Below, one piece after another: positions 55,767 to 64,000 of a DNA stretch of 64,000 bases. The stretch is from an uncultured Chloroflexia bacterium. GTDB taxonomy: Bacteria; Chloroflexota; Anaerolineae; CG2-30-64-16. The stretch spans positions 160,001 to 224,000 of the forward strand of contig CAWEMM010000006.1 of NCBI GenBank assembly GCA_963810095.1, in the 5' to 3' direction. The position numbers and the translations under genes are program-made. The notes under the pieces are model-generated. The model was given only the letters and a program-made list of their open reading frames with translations, ran no database searches and was not told where the DNA came from. The first letter of the stretch is position 1. Each line of letters starts with the position of its first letter.

Positions 55767-56858
55767 ATGCACGCGAAGATAACGGTGTTGGGCGGCGACG
55801 GCATTGGGCCGGATGTTGCCGCGGAGGGCGTGAAGGTGCTGAACTCGGTGGCCGAGAAGCACCGCCACTCGTTCGCCTTCGACCACTGCCTGATGGGCGG
55901 CATTTCCATCGACCAGTTCGGCACCGCACTGACCGACGCAACGCTCGAGCAGTGCCAGGCGAGCGACGCGGTGCTGCTGGGCGCCGTGGGTGGCCCCAAG
56001 TGGAGCGACCCGCGCGCCGCCGTCCGGCCCGAGCAGGGGCTGCTGCGCCTCCGGGCGGGCCTGGGCGTGTTCGCTAACCTCCGGCCGGTGAAGCTCTATC
56101 CCGCGTTGGCCGACGCCTCGACGCTCAAGCGCGAGGTGGTCGAGGGCATCGACATGGTCATCGTCCGCGAGCTGACGGGCGGCGCGTATTTCGGCCAGCC
56201 CCAGGGCCAGTGGGGCGAGGCGCCCGAGCGCTGGGCGGTGGATTCGATGCGTTACACCGAGGGCGAGATCGCCAGGCTCATGCGTGTGGCGTTTGACCTG
56301 GCGCGCATGCGGCGCAAAAAGGTGTCGTCGGCCGACAAGGCCAATGTCCTCGCCTCGTCGCGGCTTTGGCGCACGGTTGCGCACGAGGTCCATGCGGAGT
56401 ATCCTGACGTCGAACTCGAGGACGTGCTGGCGGATGCCTGCTCCATGTACCTCGTGCGCAACCCCCGGCAGTACGACGTCATCGCCACCGAGAACACCTT
56501 TGGCGACATCCTTTCCGACGAGGCGGCCATGTTAGCGGGCAGCATGGGCATGCTGCCGTCGGCCTCGCTGGGCGCGCCCAACCCGCAGGCCGGAGGCCGG
56601 CGCGCAGGGCTCTACGAGCCGATCCACGGCAGCGCGCCGGACATCGCGGGCCAGGGCATCGCCAACCCGCTGGCGACCATCCTGAGCTGCGCAATGCTGC
56701 TCCGCTGGTCGCTCAACCTCGCGAGCGAAGCAGATGCGGTGGAACGCGCGGTGGAAGAAGTCCTGGACGAGGGTTACCGCTGCCGCGATATCATGACGCC
56801 CGGCGGCAAATGCCTGTCCACGAGCGAAATGGGCTCGGCAGTGGCAGAAAAGATTTAA
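55767..56858 (+). CDS. leuB: 3-isopropylmalate dehydrogenase
   Basis: Start MHAKIT at 55767; [27 protein letters not shown] and [13 protein letters not shown]. Confidence 0.96.
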   Translation: MHAKITVLGGDGIGPDVAAEGVKVLNSVAEKHRHSFAFDHCLMGGISIDQFGTALTDATLEQCQASDAVLLGAVGGPKWSDPRAAVRPEQGLLRLRAGLGVFANLRPVKLYPALADASTLKREVVEGIDMVIVRELTGGAYFGQPQGQWGEAPERWAVDSMRYTEGEIARLMRVAFDLARMRRKKVSSADKANVLASSRLWRTVAHEVHAEYPDVELEDVLADACSMYLVRNPRQYDVIATENTFGDILSDEAAMLAGSMGMLPSASLGAPNPQAGGRRAGLYEPIHGSAPDIAGQGIANPLATILSCAMLLRWSLNLASEADAVERAVEEVLDEGYRCRDIMTPGGKCLSTSEMGSAVAEKI

Positions 56859-56916
56859 CACAAAGACACAAGGGCACAAAGATATCTATGCTTTGTGCCT
56901 TGGTGTCTTTGTGTTG
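56856..56916. repeat. Dispersed palindromic repeat (RCACRAAG-unit family) starting at the leuB stop
   Basis: AACACAAAG-ACACAAGG-GCACAAAG-loop-CTTTGTGC-CTTGGTGT-CTTTGTGTT; arms match at 23 of 25 positions. Confidence 0.85.
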
Positions 56917-56933
56917 AAAAAAGGAGTCATCAT

Positions 56934-58604
56934 ATGCGTTCTGATATGGTTAAGAAGGGGTTTGAGCGGGCGCCGCACCGGTCGCTCTTGCGGGCCACGG
57001 GCGTTCTGCGCAGCGAGGCGGATTTCGACAAGCCGTTCATCGCCATTGCCAACTCCTACACTGACATCATCCCCGGCCATGTGCACCTGAAGGAGTTCGG
57101 TGAGGTGGTGCGCCAGGCGGTGTGGGATGCCGGCGGCGTGCCGTTCATGTTCCATACCATCGGCGTCGACGACGGGATCGCGATGGGGCACGTGGGGATG
57201 AAGTACTCGCTGGCAAGCCGCGAGCTGATTGCGGATGCGGTCGAGACAATGATCTCCGCGCACTGGTTTGACGGCATGATCTGCATCCCCAACTGCGACA
57301 AGATCGTGCCTGGGATGCTCATGGCCGCCATGCGCGTCAACGTGCCGACTCTCTTTATCAGCGGGGGGCCGATGAAGGCCGGCGTGACGTCGTCGGGCCA
57401 GGTGGTCGACCTGTCGAGCGTCTTCGAGGCTGTGGGCGGACACCGGGCGGGCAAGGTCAGCATCGAGGAACTGACCGAGCTCGAGTCGGTGGCCTGCCCC
57501 ACCTGCGGGTCGTGCTCGGGCATGTTCACGGCCAACTCCATGAACTGCCTGTGCGAAGCGCTGGGCATGGCGCTGCCGGGCAACGGCACGATCCTCGCCG
57601 TGGACGAACGCCGGGCCGCGCTTGCGGCGCAAGCCGGGCGGCAGATCATGACCCTGATCGAAAAGAACATCTGCCCGCGCGACATCGTGACGGCCGAGGC
57701 GATCGACAATGCCTTTGCCCTGGACATGGCCATGGGCGGCTCGACGAACACGGTGCTGCACACGCTGGCGCTGGCGCGCGAGGCGGGCGTGGAATACCCG
57801 ATCAGCCGCCTGAACGAGGTGGCAGAAAGGGTGCCCAATATCTGCAAGGTGGCGCCTTCGTCGAACTATCATATCGAAGACGTCGACCGTGCTGGCGGCA
57901 TCTCGGCCATCCTCAACGAATTGCTCAAGCAGCCCGGCACCCTGCACGGCGAGGCACTCACCGTCACGGGCAAGACCCTGGCGGAGAACGTCGCGGGCGT
58001 TGAAAGCAGCGACAGGGCCTGCATTCGCCCGCTGGAAGACCCTTACAGCGCCCGGGGCGGGCTGACCGTGCTTTTCGGCAACCTGTGCCCTGACGGGGCC
58101 GTCGTCAAGACTGCGGCCGTCTTGCCCGAAATGATGCGGCATCGCGGACCTGCTGTCGTGTTCGATTCGCACGACGAGGCAAACGCGGGCATCCTGAGCG
58201 GCAAGGTGAAGGCGGGCGACGTCGTGGTGATCCGCTACGAAGGGCCGAAGGGTGGGCCCGGGATGCAGGAAATGCTGGCGCCGACCTCGAACATCATGGG
58301 GATGGGGCTGGGCACGTCGGTCGCGCTGATTACGGACGGCCGCTTCAGCGGCGCCACCCGCGGGGCGAGCATCGGGCATATTTCGCCAGAGGCCGCTGCG
58401 GGCGGACCGATCGGCCTGGTTCAGGACGGCGATATCATCGACATCGACATTCCGGGGCGCTCGTTATGCGTCGAAGTGACGGACGAAGAACTTGCCCGCC
58501 GCAAGGCGCAGTGGCAGCCGGTCAAGCGCGAGCTAACGGGCTGGCTCAAGCGCTACCAGGCCATGGTGACCTCGGGGAGCGAAGGCGCGGTGCTGCGGAT
58601 CTAG
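56934..58604 (+). CDS. ilvD: Dihydroxy-acid dehydratase
   Basis: [32 protein letters not shown] and TDGRFSG. Confidence 0.97.
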   Translation: MRSDMVKKGFERAPHRSLLRATGVLRSEADFDKPFIAIANSYTDIIPGHVHLKEFGEVVRQAVWDAGGVPFMFHTIGVDDGIAMGHVGMKYSLASRELIADAVETMISAHWFDGMICIPNCDKIVPGMLMAAMRVNVPTLFISGGPMKAGVTSSGQVVDLSSVFEAVGGHRAGKVSIEELTELESVACPTCGSCSGMFTANSMNCLCEALGMALPGNGTILAVDERRAALAAQAGRQIMTLIEKNICPRDIVTAEAIDNAFALDMAMGGSTNTVLHTLALAREAGVEYPISRLNEVAERVPNICKVAPSSNYHIEDVDRAGGISAILNELLKQPGTLHGEALTVTGKTLAENVAGVESSDRACIRPLEDPYSARGGLTVLFGNLCPDGAVVKTAAVLPEMMRHRGPAVVFDSHDEANAGILSGKVKAGDVVVIRYEGPKGGPGMQEMLAPTSNIMGMGLGTSVALITDGRFSGATRGASIGHISPEAAAGGPIGLVQDGDIIDIDIPGRSLCVEVTDEELARRKAQWQPVKRELTGWLKRYQAMVTSGSEGAVLRI

Positions 58605-58720
58605 CCCTTGTTTGTCAGGGAACATACGGAGGGCGCAGTGCTGGTCCTCGAGAGGACAGCGTGTGTCTTTCCGCCCCTCCGCAGATCTCTGCGCCCTCCT
58701 GCGCTCTTTCGGCAATGAAT

Positions 58721-59911
58721 CTACAGCACCGACGCGATTGCCTCGCACACGACGGGCAGGCTCGCCCTGGTCAGGCCCGCAACATTGATCCGCCCCGAGT
58801 CGACGATGTAGATCGAGTACTCGCTGCGCAGCCGCGCCACCTGGTCCTTCGTCAGCCCCGTATAGGAAAACATTCCGTTCTGGTCCCGCAGGCAGGAAAA
58901 GTCACGCGGCACTCCGCGCGCATGCAGTCCTTCCACGAACTCGCTGCGCAAGGCATGAATGCGGTCGCGCACGCCCGCGAGCTCCAACTCCCAGTCGGCG
59001 CGCAGCTCAGGCGAATTGAGGATGGTTGTTACGATCTTGGCGCCGTGCGCGGGCGGGTTCGAGTAGTTGCCCCGAATCACGATCTTCAACTGGCTCAGCG
59101 CGGCATCGGCTACCGCGGGCGCTTTCGTCACCACCGTCAGCGCCCCCGTCCGCTCGTTGTATAGCCCGAAGTTCTTGGAGTAAGAGGTTGCGATCAGCAT
59201 CTCAGGCAGGCGCTCGGCCAGGAGGCGGACGCCGGTCGCATCTTCGTCCAATCCGCGGCCAAAGCCCTGGTAGGCGAAGTCGACAAGCGGGATCGCGCCC
59301 AGGCGCTCTAGCAATGCGGCCACTTCCGCCCACTGGTCGGGCGACAAGTCCGCGCCCGTGGGATTGTGGCAGCTGCCGTGCAACAAGACGACGTCGCCCT
59401 GGCTGACGCGCGCCAGCCCGCTGCGCATCGCCTCGAAGTCGACGCAGTTGTGTTCGGCGTCAAAGTAGGGATAGCTTTCGACCTTAAGGCCGGCGTTGCG
59501 GAACAGCGGCGGGTGATTGGGCCAGGTCGGAGCACTCAGCCACACCGTGGTCGTCGGGCTGGCCTTGTGCATGAAGTCGCCTGCGACCCGCAGCGCCGCC
59601 GTGCCGCCCGGCGCCTGCACCGTAGTGGCGCGACGGTCCTTCAGGATTGGGCTGCCCTCGCCGAAGACCAGTTTCTGGACCGCCGCAGTGAACTCGGGCA
59701 GACCTGCCATCCCAAGATAGCTCTTGCTGATCTCGGTTTCCAAAATGTCGGCCTCGGCGCGCTTCACCGCACGAAAGATCGGCGTGTTGCCCGTGTCGTC
59801 GCGGTAGACGCCGGCTGCCAGGTTGATCTTGGCCGGGTTGGTGTCGCGCCTAAAGGCTTCTTCGAGGCCCAGGATCGGGTCGGGCGGTGCGACTTCGAGG
59901 TGGTCGAACAT
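58721..59911 (-). CDS. aspC: Aspartate/aromatic amino acid aminotransferase (class I, subgroup Ia)
   Basis: PPDPILGL, GVYRD, CHNPTG, DFAYQGF, SYSKNFGLYNER and SGRINVAG; start at 59911. Confidence 0.93.
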   Translation of the reverse strand: MFDHLEVAPPDPILGLEEAFRRDTNPAKINLAAGVYRDDTGNTPIFRAVKRAEADILETEISKSYLGMAGLPEFTAAVQKLVFGEGSPILKDRRATTVQAPGGTAALRVAGDFMHKASPTTTVWLSAPTWPNHPPLFRNAGLKVESYPYFDAEHNCVDFEAMRSGLARVSQGDVVLLHGSCHNPTGADLSPDQWAEVAALLERLGAIPLVDFAYQGFGRGLDEDATGVRLLAERLPEMLIATSYSKNFGLYNERTGALTVVTKAPAVADAALSQLKIVIRGNYSNPPAHGAKIVTTILNSPELRADWELELAGVRDRIHALRSEFVEGLHARGVPRDFSCLRDQNGMFSYTGLTKDQVARLRSEYSIYIVDSGRINVAGLTRASLPVVCEAIASVL

Positions 59912-60055
59912 GTGAAACGAGCTCCTGACTAGAGAATGCCAGCAACGGGTTCCGGTGCTGAGGTTTGATGGATACAGCCACGATGCTGGGTGGAGCACAC
60001 CGTTGGTGCGGTTCAGATTCGATGCAGCCGCAATTATAGCCTACCGTCCATAAAG

Positions 60056-60091
60056 ACAAAAGCCCCCTGTCACTGAGGTGGCAGAGGGCTT
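60056..60091 (-). terminator. Intrinsic terminator of the sulfur operon
   Basis: Minus strand AAGCCCTCTGCCAC-CTCA-GTGACAGGGGGCTT followed by TTGTCTTT. Confidence 0.75.
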
Positions 60092-60114
60092 GCGGAGGCC
60101 GGCGGCATCCAGTA

Positions 60115-60690
60115 TCAGATGAAGATGATCTGGGCGCCCTCAGTCATGTCCATGAAGTCGCTCGCGGTGACGACGTCGATGACACCGTCGACGAAGTCTT
60201 CTTTCTTGAGGCCCATCATGTCGACGCTCATCTTGCAGGCATAGAGCTTGGCCCCGCCATCCACGAGCATCTGGAGGTATTCGCGCACGGGGGGCGCGCC
60301 GACGTCGGCGATCTTCTTGCGCATCAGGTTCGATGCGAACGCGGTCATGCCGGGCAGCACGCCCATGATGTTCGGGATGCCCAGGTTGCCCGTGTTCACG
60401 CCCATCATGCTCATCTTCATGCTGGTGTTGGCGACCGGGGCCAGCTCGAGGCTGTCGATCCGAGCCTTGTTGATGATGTCCATGCCCCAGAACGTGAAGA
60501 AAATCGTCACGTCGATACCGTTGCCCAGTGCGGCCCAACCCATGACAAGCGCCGGGTAGGCCATGTCGAGCGTACCTTTGGAGCAGATGAACGCGACATG
60601 GCGCGTTGCCTCTTCCGCCTTCGGGGTTGCGGGGGCCACCTCGGCTGTAATCTCTTCGGCGACCTCTGGTGCGACGAGTGTGGCGTCCAT
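60115..60690 (-). CDS. DsrE/DsrF/DrsH-like (DsrE2-type) sulfur carrier
   Basis: SKGTLDMAYP, IFFTFWG and LYACKMSVDMMG. Confidence 0.9.
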   Translation of the reverse strand: MDATLVAPEVAEEITAEVAPATPKAEEATRHVAFICSKGTLDMAYPALVMGWAALGNGIDVTIFFTFWGMDIINKARIDSLELAPVANTSMKMSMMGVNTGNLGIPNIMGVLPGMTAFASNLMRKKIADVGAPPVREYLQMLVDGGAKLYACKMSVDMMGLKKEDFVDGVIDVVTASDFMDMTEGAQIIFI

Positions 60691-61013
60691 TATACACATC
60701 CTTCCGGCTTGCCCAGCCCGGCAATGCGGGCGACCTTCTTGGCAGGGCCCTTCGGGAACAGGCCGAAGAGTTCCTTCGTCTGCACCCCCGTGCCCGTCGT
60801 AATCTGGCGGAGCGTGGGCGACTTCCCACCGAGCTTATTCGATGCATCGCGACAATAGTCGATGACCTTCCAATGCGCGGGGGTCAGTGGGGCGATGCCC
60901 TCCTCTTTTGCGAGCTCCACGGCGATATCCTTGTTCCATTCGGCGGGATTCGTCATGAAGCCTTCGTCGTTGACCTGCACGGTCGAGCCGGCGATTGTCC
61001 TGGTTGCCATCAT
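60690..61013 (-). CDS. TusE/DsrC-family sulfur relay protein (single C-terminal Cys)
   Basis: NDEGFM...W...HWKVIDY...LFPKGPAK...IAGLGKPEGCV. Confidence 0.92.
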   Translation of the reverse strand: MMATRTIAGSTVQVNDEGFMTNPAEWNKDIAVELAKEEGIAPLTPAHWKVIDYCRDASNKLGGKSPTLRQITTGTGVQTKELFGLFPKGPAKKVARIAGLGKPEGCV

Positions 61014-61071
61014 GTTCTCCTTGTTGGTCTTTCCCGGACCGCACGTCCGGGAGCATTAGCCGTAAGATCAG

Positions 61072-61779
61072 TTACTTCTTGCCACTGCCCTGCGCGCCGA
61101 CAACCTTGAGAATGCGCATCGTCAGGGCCAAGCCGCGCCGCACGTCGGGGTCGCGCATCTGTCCGAGCAATGCGGGCAGCGACGTGTTCACCGGCTTCGC
61201 AATTTCGACCTCGCTCTGCGCGACGATCGTCCGTACGAGGCTCATAATCTCAGGCTGCGTCATATCCTTGACGGTATTCAGGATCAGCACGACGTTATCG
61301 CCGAGGCGGCGCACGTCGTCTTCGGTGAAGGACGTGACCACGTTGTCGGCGAGCTGCATGCCGCCGCGGGCAAACGCAAAATACCCCTTGTGCTCCGCAG
61401 CCTGCAAAACGTCCACCGCCCTTGCGAAAGCCTCGTCGCCCAGCGGGACCACTGTCTCGACCAAGCCGGCTACGCTCTCGAGCTGGTCCAGAAGTCGTTC
61501 AAACGTCGGGCCATTCCGCAGCAGGCGCTTGAGCAAGCGCAGCAGATCCGCCAGGTCAACATACTCCTGCACTTCCTCGAATTGTTCTACAGCCAGCGCA
61601 AACGCTTCGTCGCCAACCCGCATCAGGTCGCCGGTCAGCTCAGCGCGCTCCTGGCGCTGTCGTTCGGCAAGCTGCGCCTGGTCGGTCAGGAACTGCACCT
61701 GTGCGGTCAGCAAGTCGAGCTTCCCGTTGAGTTCGGCCAGGGTCGGCCCCGCCGCTTCCAGAATGATGGTCTGATCCAT
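61072..61779 (-). CDS. DUF1641-domain protein
   Basis: Helical protein ending LLGQMRDPDVRRGLALTMRILKVVG. Confidence 0.85.
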   Translation of the reverse strand: MDQTIILEAAGPTLAELNGKLDLLTAQVQFLTDQAQLAERQRQERAELTGDLMRVGDEAFALAVEQFEEVQEYVDLADLLRLLKRLLRNGPTFERLLDQLESVAGLVETVVPLGDEAFARAVDVLQAAEHKGYFAFARGGMQLADNVVTSFTEDDVRRLGDNVVLILNTVKDMTQPEIMSLVRTIVAQSEVEIAKPVNTSLPALLGQMRDPDVRRGLALTMRILKVVGAQGSGKK

Positions 61780-61794
61780 CAGGTTCCTCCCAAC

Positions 61795-63033
61795 CTAGCG
61801 CCACTTTCCCGACATGCTCATCTTCGCCGGCAACGGCAGCTCCGCGCCCTTAAGCAAGATGTTCCAGTACATCCAGCGGAACATCATCTTGCCCCAGTGG
61901 TTCATTTCCGACTCTTCGAGCAGCTTGAATGGGCCCACGCCGGGCAGAGGGTAGCGGCCGGGCAGCGGCTCGACGTCATAATTGAAGTCGATCAGCAGGC
62001 CCTTGCCGAAACCGGACTCGATGAAGCAGTTGGCGTGGCCGTCGAACCGGTGGTGCATCTCCAGTCCATCGACGTGACGAAGGAAGTTCTCCGCAAATAC
62101 GTCGACCGCAAAATGAGCCACCGAGCCGGCCTTAGAGGTGGGAATGGCAGCCGCATCGCCCAGCACGAAGATGTTGTCGTGATCCGGCGACAGGAAGGTG
62201 TGCTTGTCCACGGGCACGTAGTTCAGCCCGTCGCCCCCGTCCAGGCCCGACCGGCCGATGACCTCGTCGCCCTTGTTGAGGGGCACCGTTACCAACAGGT
62301 CGTACTCGAGTTCGCGCTCGTCGTAGGAGACCAGCTTCTTCTCGTCCGGGTTCACTTCCATCACCATGAACTCAGGCTCGACCTTGATATTCTTCTCGTC
62401 GAGGATATGGCTGAGTTGCTTCGAAGCGATGGGCTTTGTGAAGGCGCCCGGGAGCGGCGTCGCATAGATCAGCTCCACCCGGTCGCGGATCCCCTGCTCG
62501 TGGAAGAACCAATCGGCCAGCATGATGAACTCCAGCGGCGCGACCGGGCACTTGATGGGATTCTCCACGACGTTGACGACCAGCCGGCCGCCTTCCCAAT
62601 TGCGCAGATGCTTCTGCAGCGCCAGCGCACCCTCGACTGTATAGAAATCGAAGATCGACTTGTACCACTCGTGTTCCTGGAGTCCGGGTGTCTCCTCAGG
62701 GTGCGTACCCGCGCCCGTGGCGATGACGAGAAAATCGTACTCGAGGTAGCGGCCGTCTCTGGCCAACTTGACGCGCTTCTGGTCCGGTTCGATCACCTCG
62801 ATGGGAGACACGATGAGCTCGACGCCGCCCGGGATAAAGTCGCGTTTAGGTTTGATGACATCATTCTTCGTGTACATGTTGAAGGGGATAAACAAGAAAC
62901 CGGGCTGATAATAGTGGGTCTCATGTTGATCCACAATGGTGATTTTCCACTCGTCGGCGTCAAGCAGGCGACGCAGCTTGTTCACCACCATCGTGCCGGC
63001 CGTGCCGGCGCCGAGCACCAAGAGCTTCTTCAT
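61795..63033 (-). CDS. sqr: Sulfide:quinone oxidoreductase (type III-like FAD-dependent oxidoreductase)
   Basis: GAGTAG, HYYQPGFLF, IKCPVAPLE, GDAAAIPTSKAGS, FDGHANCF and HWGKMMFRWMYW. Confidence 0.9.
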   Translation of the reverse strand: MKKLLVLGAGTAGTMVVNKLRRLLDADEWKITIVDQHETHYYQPGFLFIPFNMYTKNDVIKPKRDFIPGGVELIVSPIEVIEPDQKRVKLARDGRYLEYDFLVIATGAGTHPEETPGLQEHEWYKSIFDFYTVEGALALQKHLRNWEGGRLVVNVVENPIKCPVAPLEFIMLADWFFHEQGIRDRVELIYATPLPGAFTKPIASKQLSHILDEKNIKVEPEFMVMEVNPDEKKLVSYDERELEYDLLVTVPLNKGDEVIGRSGLDGGDGLNYVPVDKHTFLSPDHDNIFVLGDAAAIPTSKAGSVAHFAVDVFAENFLRHVDGLEMHHRFDGHANCFIESGFGKGLLIDFNYDVEPLPGRYPLPGVGPFKLLEESEMNHWGKMMFRWMYWNILLKGAELPLPAKMSMSGKWR

Positions 63034-63066
63034 TCGACGACCTCCGCTGACCTCGTGGGGGATAGA

Positions 63067-63828
63067 CTATTCAGTGTGCGCCGCAGCGCGGTCGAGCACC
63101 ATGTGTGAGAAGACGTCGGCCATGCGCTGTACGAACCGCAGTGCTCGTTCTTGCGCGGCGCGATCCATGTGGAAGACGGCATCAGAATTGGCGGCGACAG
63201 TCTCAGACTGGACCCCGAACACCCCGGCCAGTTCGGCGGCCTGCTGGGTGCTGGGCGGCCAGGCGTCGGGGGCAATCCCGCCCACCACCACCATGCCCTT
63301 CAACTCGGCGCCGGCACGAATCAAGCCCCGCGCGCACAGCAGTCCCATTTCGCTCAGCGTGAACCTGGGTTCCAGTGCGACATGGCCGGCCATCTGCTGC
63401 CACGTGTGGATGCAGTGCTGCAGCCCTTCCGGGTTGCCATCCATTAGGGCCGTAAAGAAGCCGCACGGGTTGCTGATCCGCGTAACCGGGTTGCCTTGCA
63501 TGTCGGTGATGACCATCGTGACGCCAAGCATGTCGGCGAAGGTGTCCTGCACGGCTTGCGCGCAATCGACCGGCAGCACCTGCGCCAAGTCGCCCTCTTG
63601 CACCTGACCGTCGCCCGGAGCCTGTGTGGCCCGTGCTTCGGCTTGGACGGCGGGCAGGGCGCCGTAGCGGCCGTGTTGCAGCCAGTGCTCGACATCGGTG
63701 CGTGCGAAGCGCCACTGTTTACCCACGCGCATGGCAGGCAGCTGGCCGCCTTCGACCATCCGGTAGATGGTCGTCCTGTCGACCAGCAGTAACGCTTGCA
63801 CCTGTTTCGTCGTTAGTAATTCAGTCAT
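63067..63828 (-). CDS. Excisionase-type HTH (HTH_17) plus PocR sensory domain regulator
   Basis: LLTTKQVQALLLVDRTTIYRM...LPAMRVGKQWRF; PocR-like QDTFADMLGV...ITDMQGNP...NPCGFF...C...MGL...VVGG; start at 63828. Confidence 0.85.
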   Translation of the reverse strand: MTELLTTKQVQALLLVDRTTIYRMVEGGQLPAMRVGKQWRFARTDVEHWLQHGRYGALPAVQAEARATQAPGDGQVQEGDLAQVLPVDCAQAVQDTFADMLGVTMVITDMQGNPVTRISNPCGFFTALMDGNPEGLQHCIHTWQQMAGHVALEPRFTLSEMGLLCARGLIRAGAELKGMVVVGGIAPDAWPPSTQQAAELAGVFGVQSETVAANSDAVFHMDRAAQERALRFVQRMADVFSHMVLDRAAAHTE

Positions 63829-63846
63829 GGCCGCCCTAAGCACGTC

Positions 63847-63966
63847 GTGTTCGTGAAATCACGAACACTTTGCATCAAAAACAACCGTATGTAACTGATC
63901 TTAATCATATTGCGCGCATCAGTTGCATCTCATAGCGCATGAGTCGCCGCATCCGGTGCATCAAAA
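63847..63966. promoter_or_regulatory. Putative operator region of the sulfur operon
   Basis: Perfect inverted repeat GTGTTCGTGA-AA-TCACGAACAC at 63847-63868; GCATC-N4-GCATC at 63916 and 63949; TGCATCAAAA at 63871 and 63957. Confidence 0.6.
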
Positions 63967-64000
63967 GTTACTTTGTGACAGATCGAAGCCATGGAACACC

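Noticed and set aside
60690-61013. DsrC as evidence of dissimilatory sulfate reduction or reverse Dsr
   Set aside because: Only the terminal Cys is present, the second conserved Cys is absent, and no dsrAB or dsrMK is in the window.

Overview
This is a GC-rich bacterial chromosomal segment. Gene content and (Y/F)LPxV motifs suggest Chloroflexota, probably Anaerolineae-like (inference). About 20 single-base indels break otherwise intact genes, including leuC, leuD, glgP and metY, so most frameshifts are probably read or assembly errors. Left to right it contains: (1) a minus-strand operon for an unexplained extracellular complex (giant LamG/beta-helix protein running off the left edge, a large secreted partner, a cohesin-like protein, a degenerate receiver-like protein) behind three phased direct repeats and an orphan NarL/LuxR regulator; (2) an Fe-S protein, azlCD and SAM-I-riboswitch-controlled metY; (3) a ~1370-aa repeat surface protein next to a two-component system; (4) a Na+/H+ antiporter, ABC exporter, M50-CBS protease, phosphodiesterase-like protein and ArsR regulator; (5) a three-gene group 1 [NiFe]-hydrogenase module led by a secreted monoheme/DUF5666-like protein, with no membrane anchor or cytochrome b; (6) azoR, fbaB, an apparently catalytically dead tyrosine-recombinase homologue, a LuxR-TM-Kelch protein and glgP; (7) a pseudouridine synthase-amidase-EamA-DUF2891-aldolase-hydroxyacid dehydrogenase run; (8) an ilvBNC-leuACD-(small ORF)-cimA-leuB-ilvD operon with an unannotated leader-peptide attenuator; (9) aspC and an HTH-PocR/SQR/DUF1641/TusE/DsrE sulfur operon. 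Intergenic spaces carry many dispersed palindromic repeats of several families. I saw no rRNA, tRNA, CRISPR array or transposase. All domain calls are by-eye motif recognition, not database searches.
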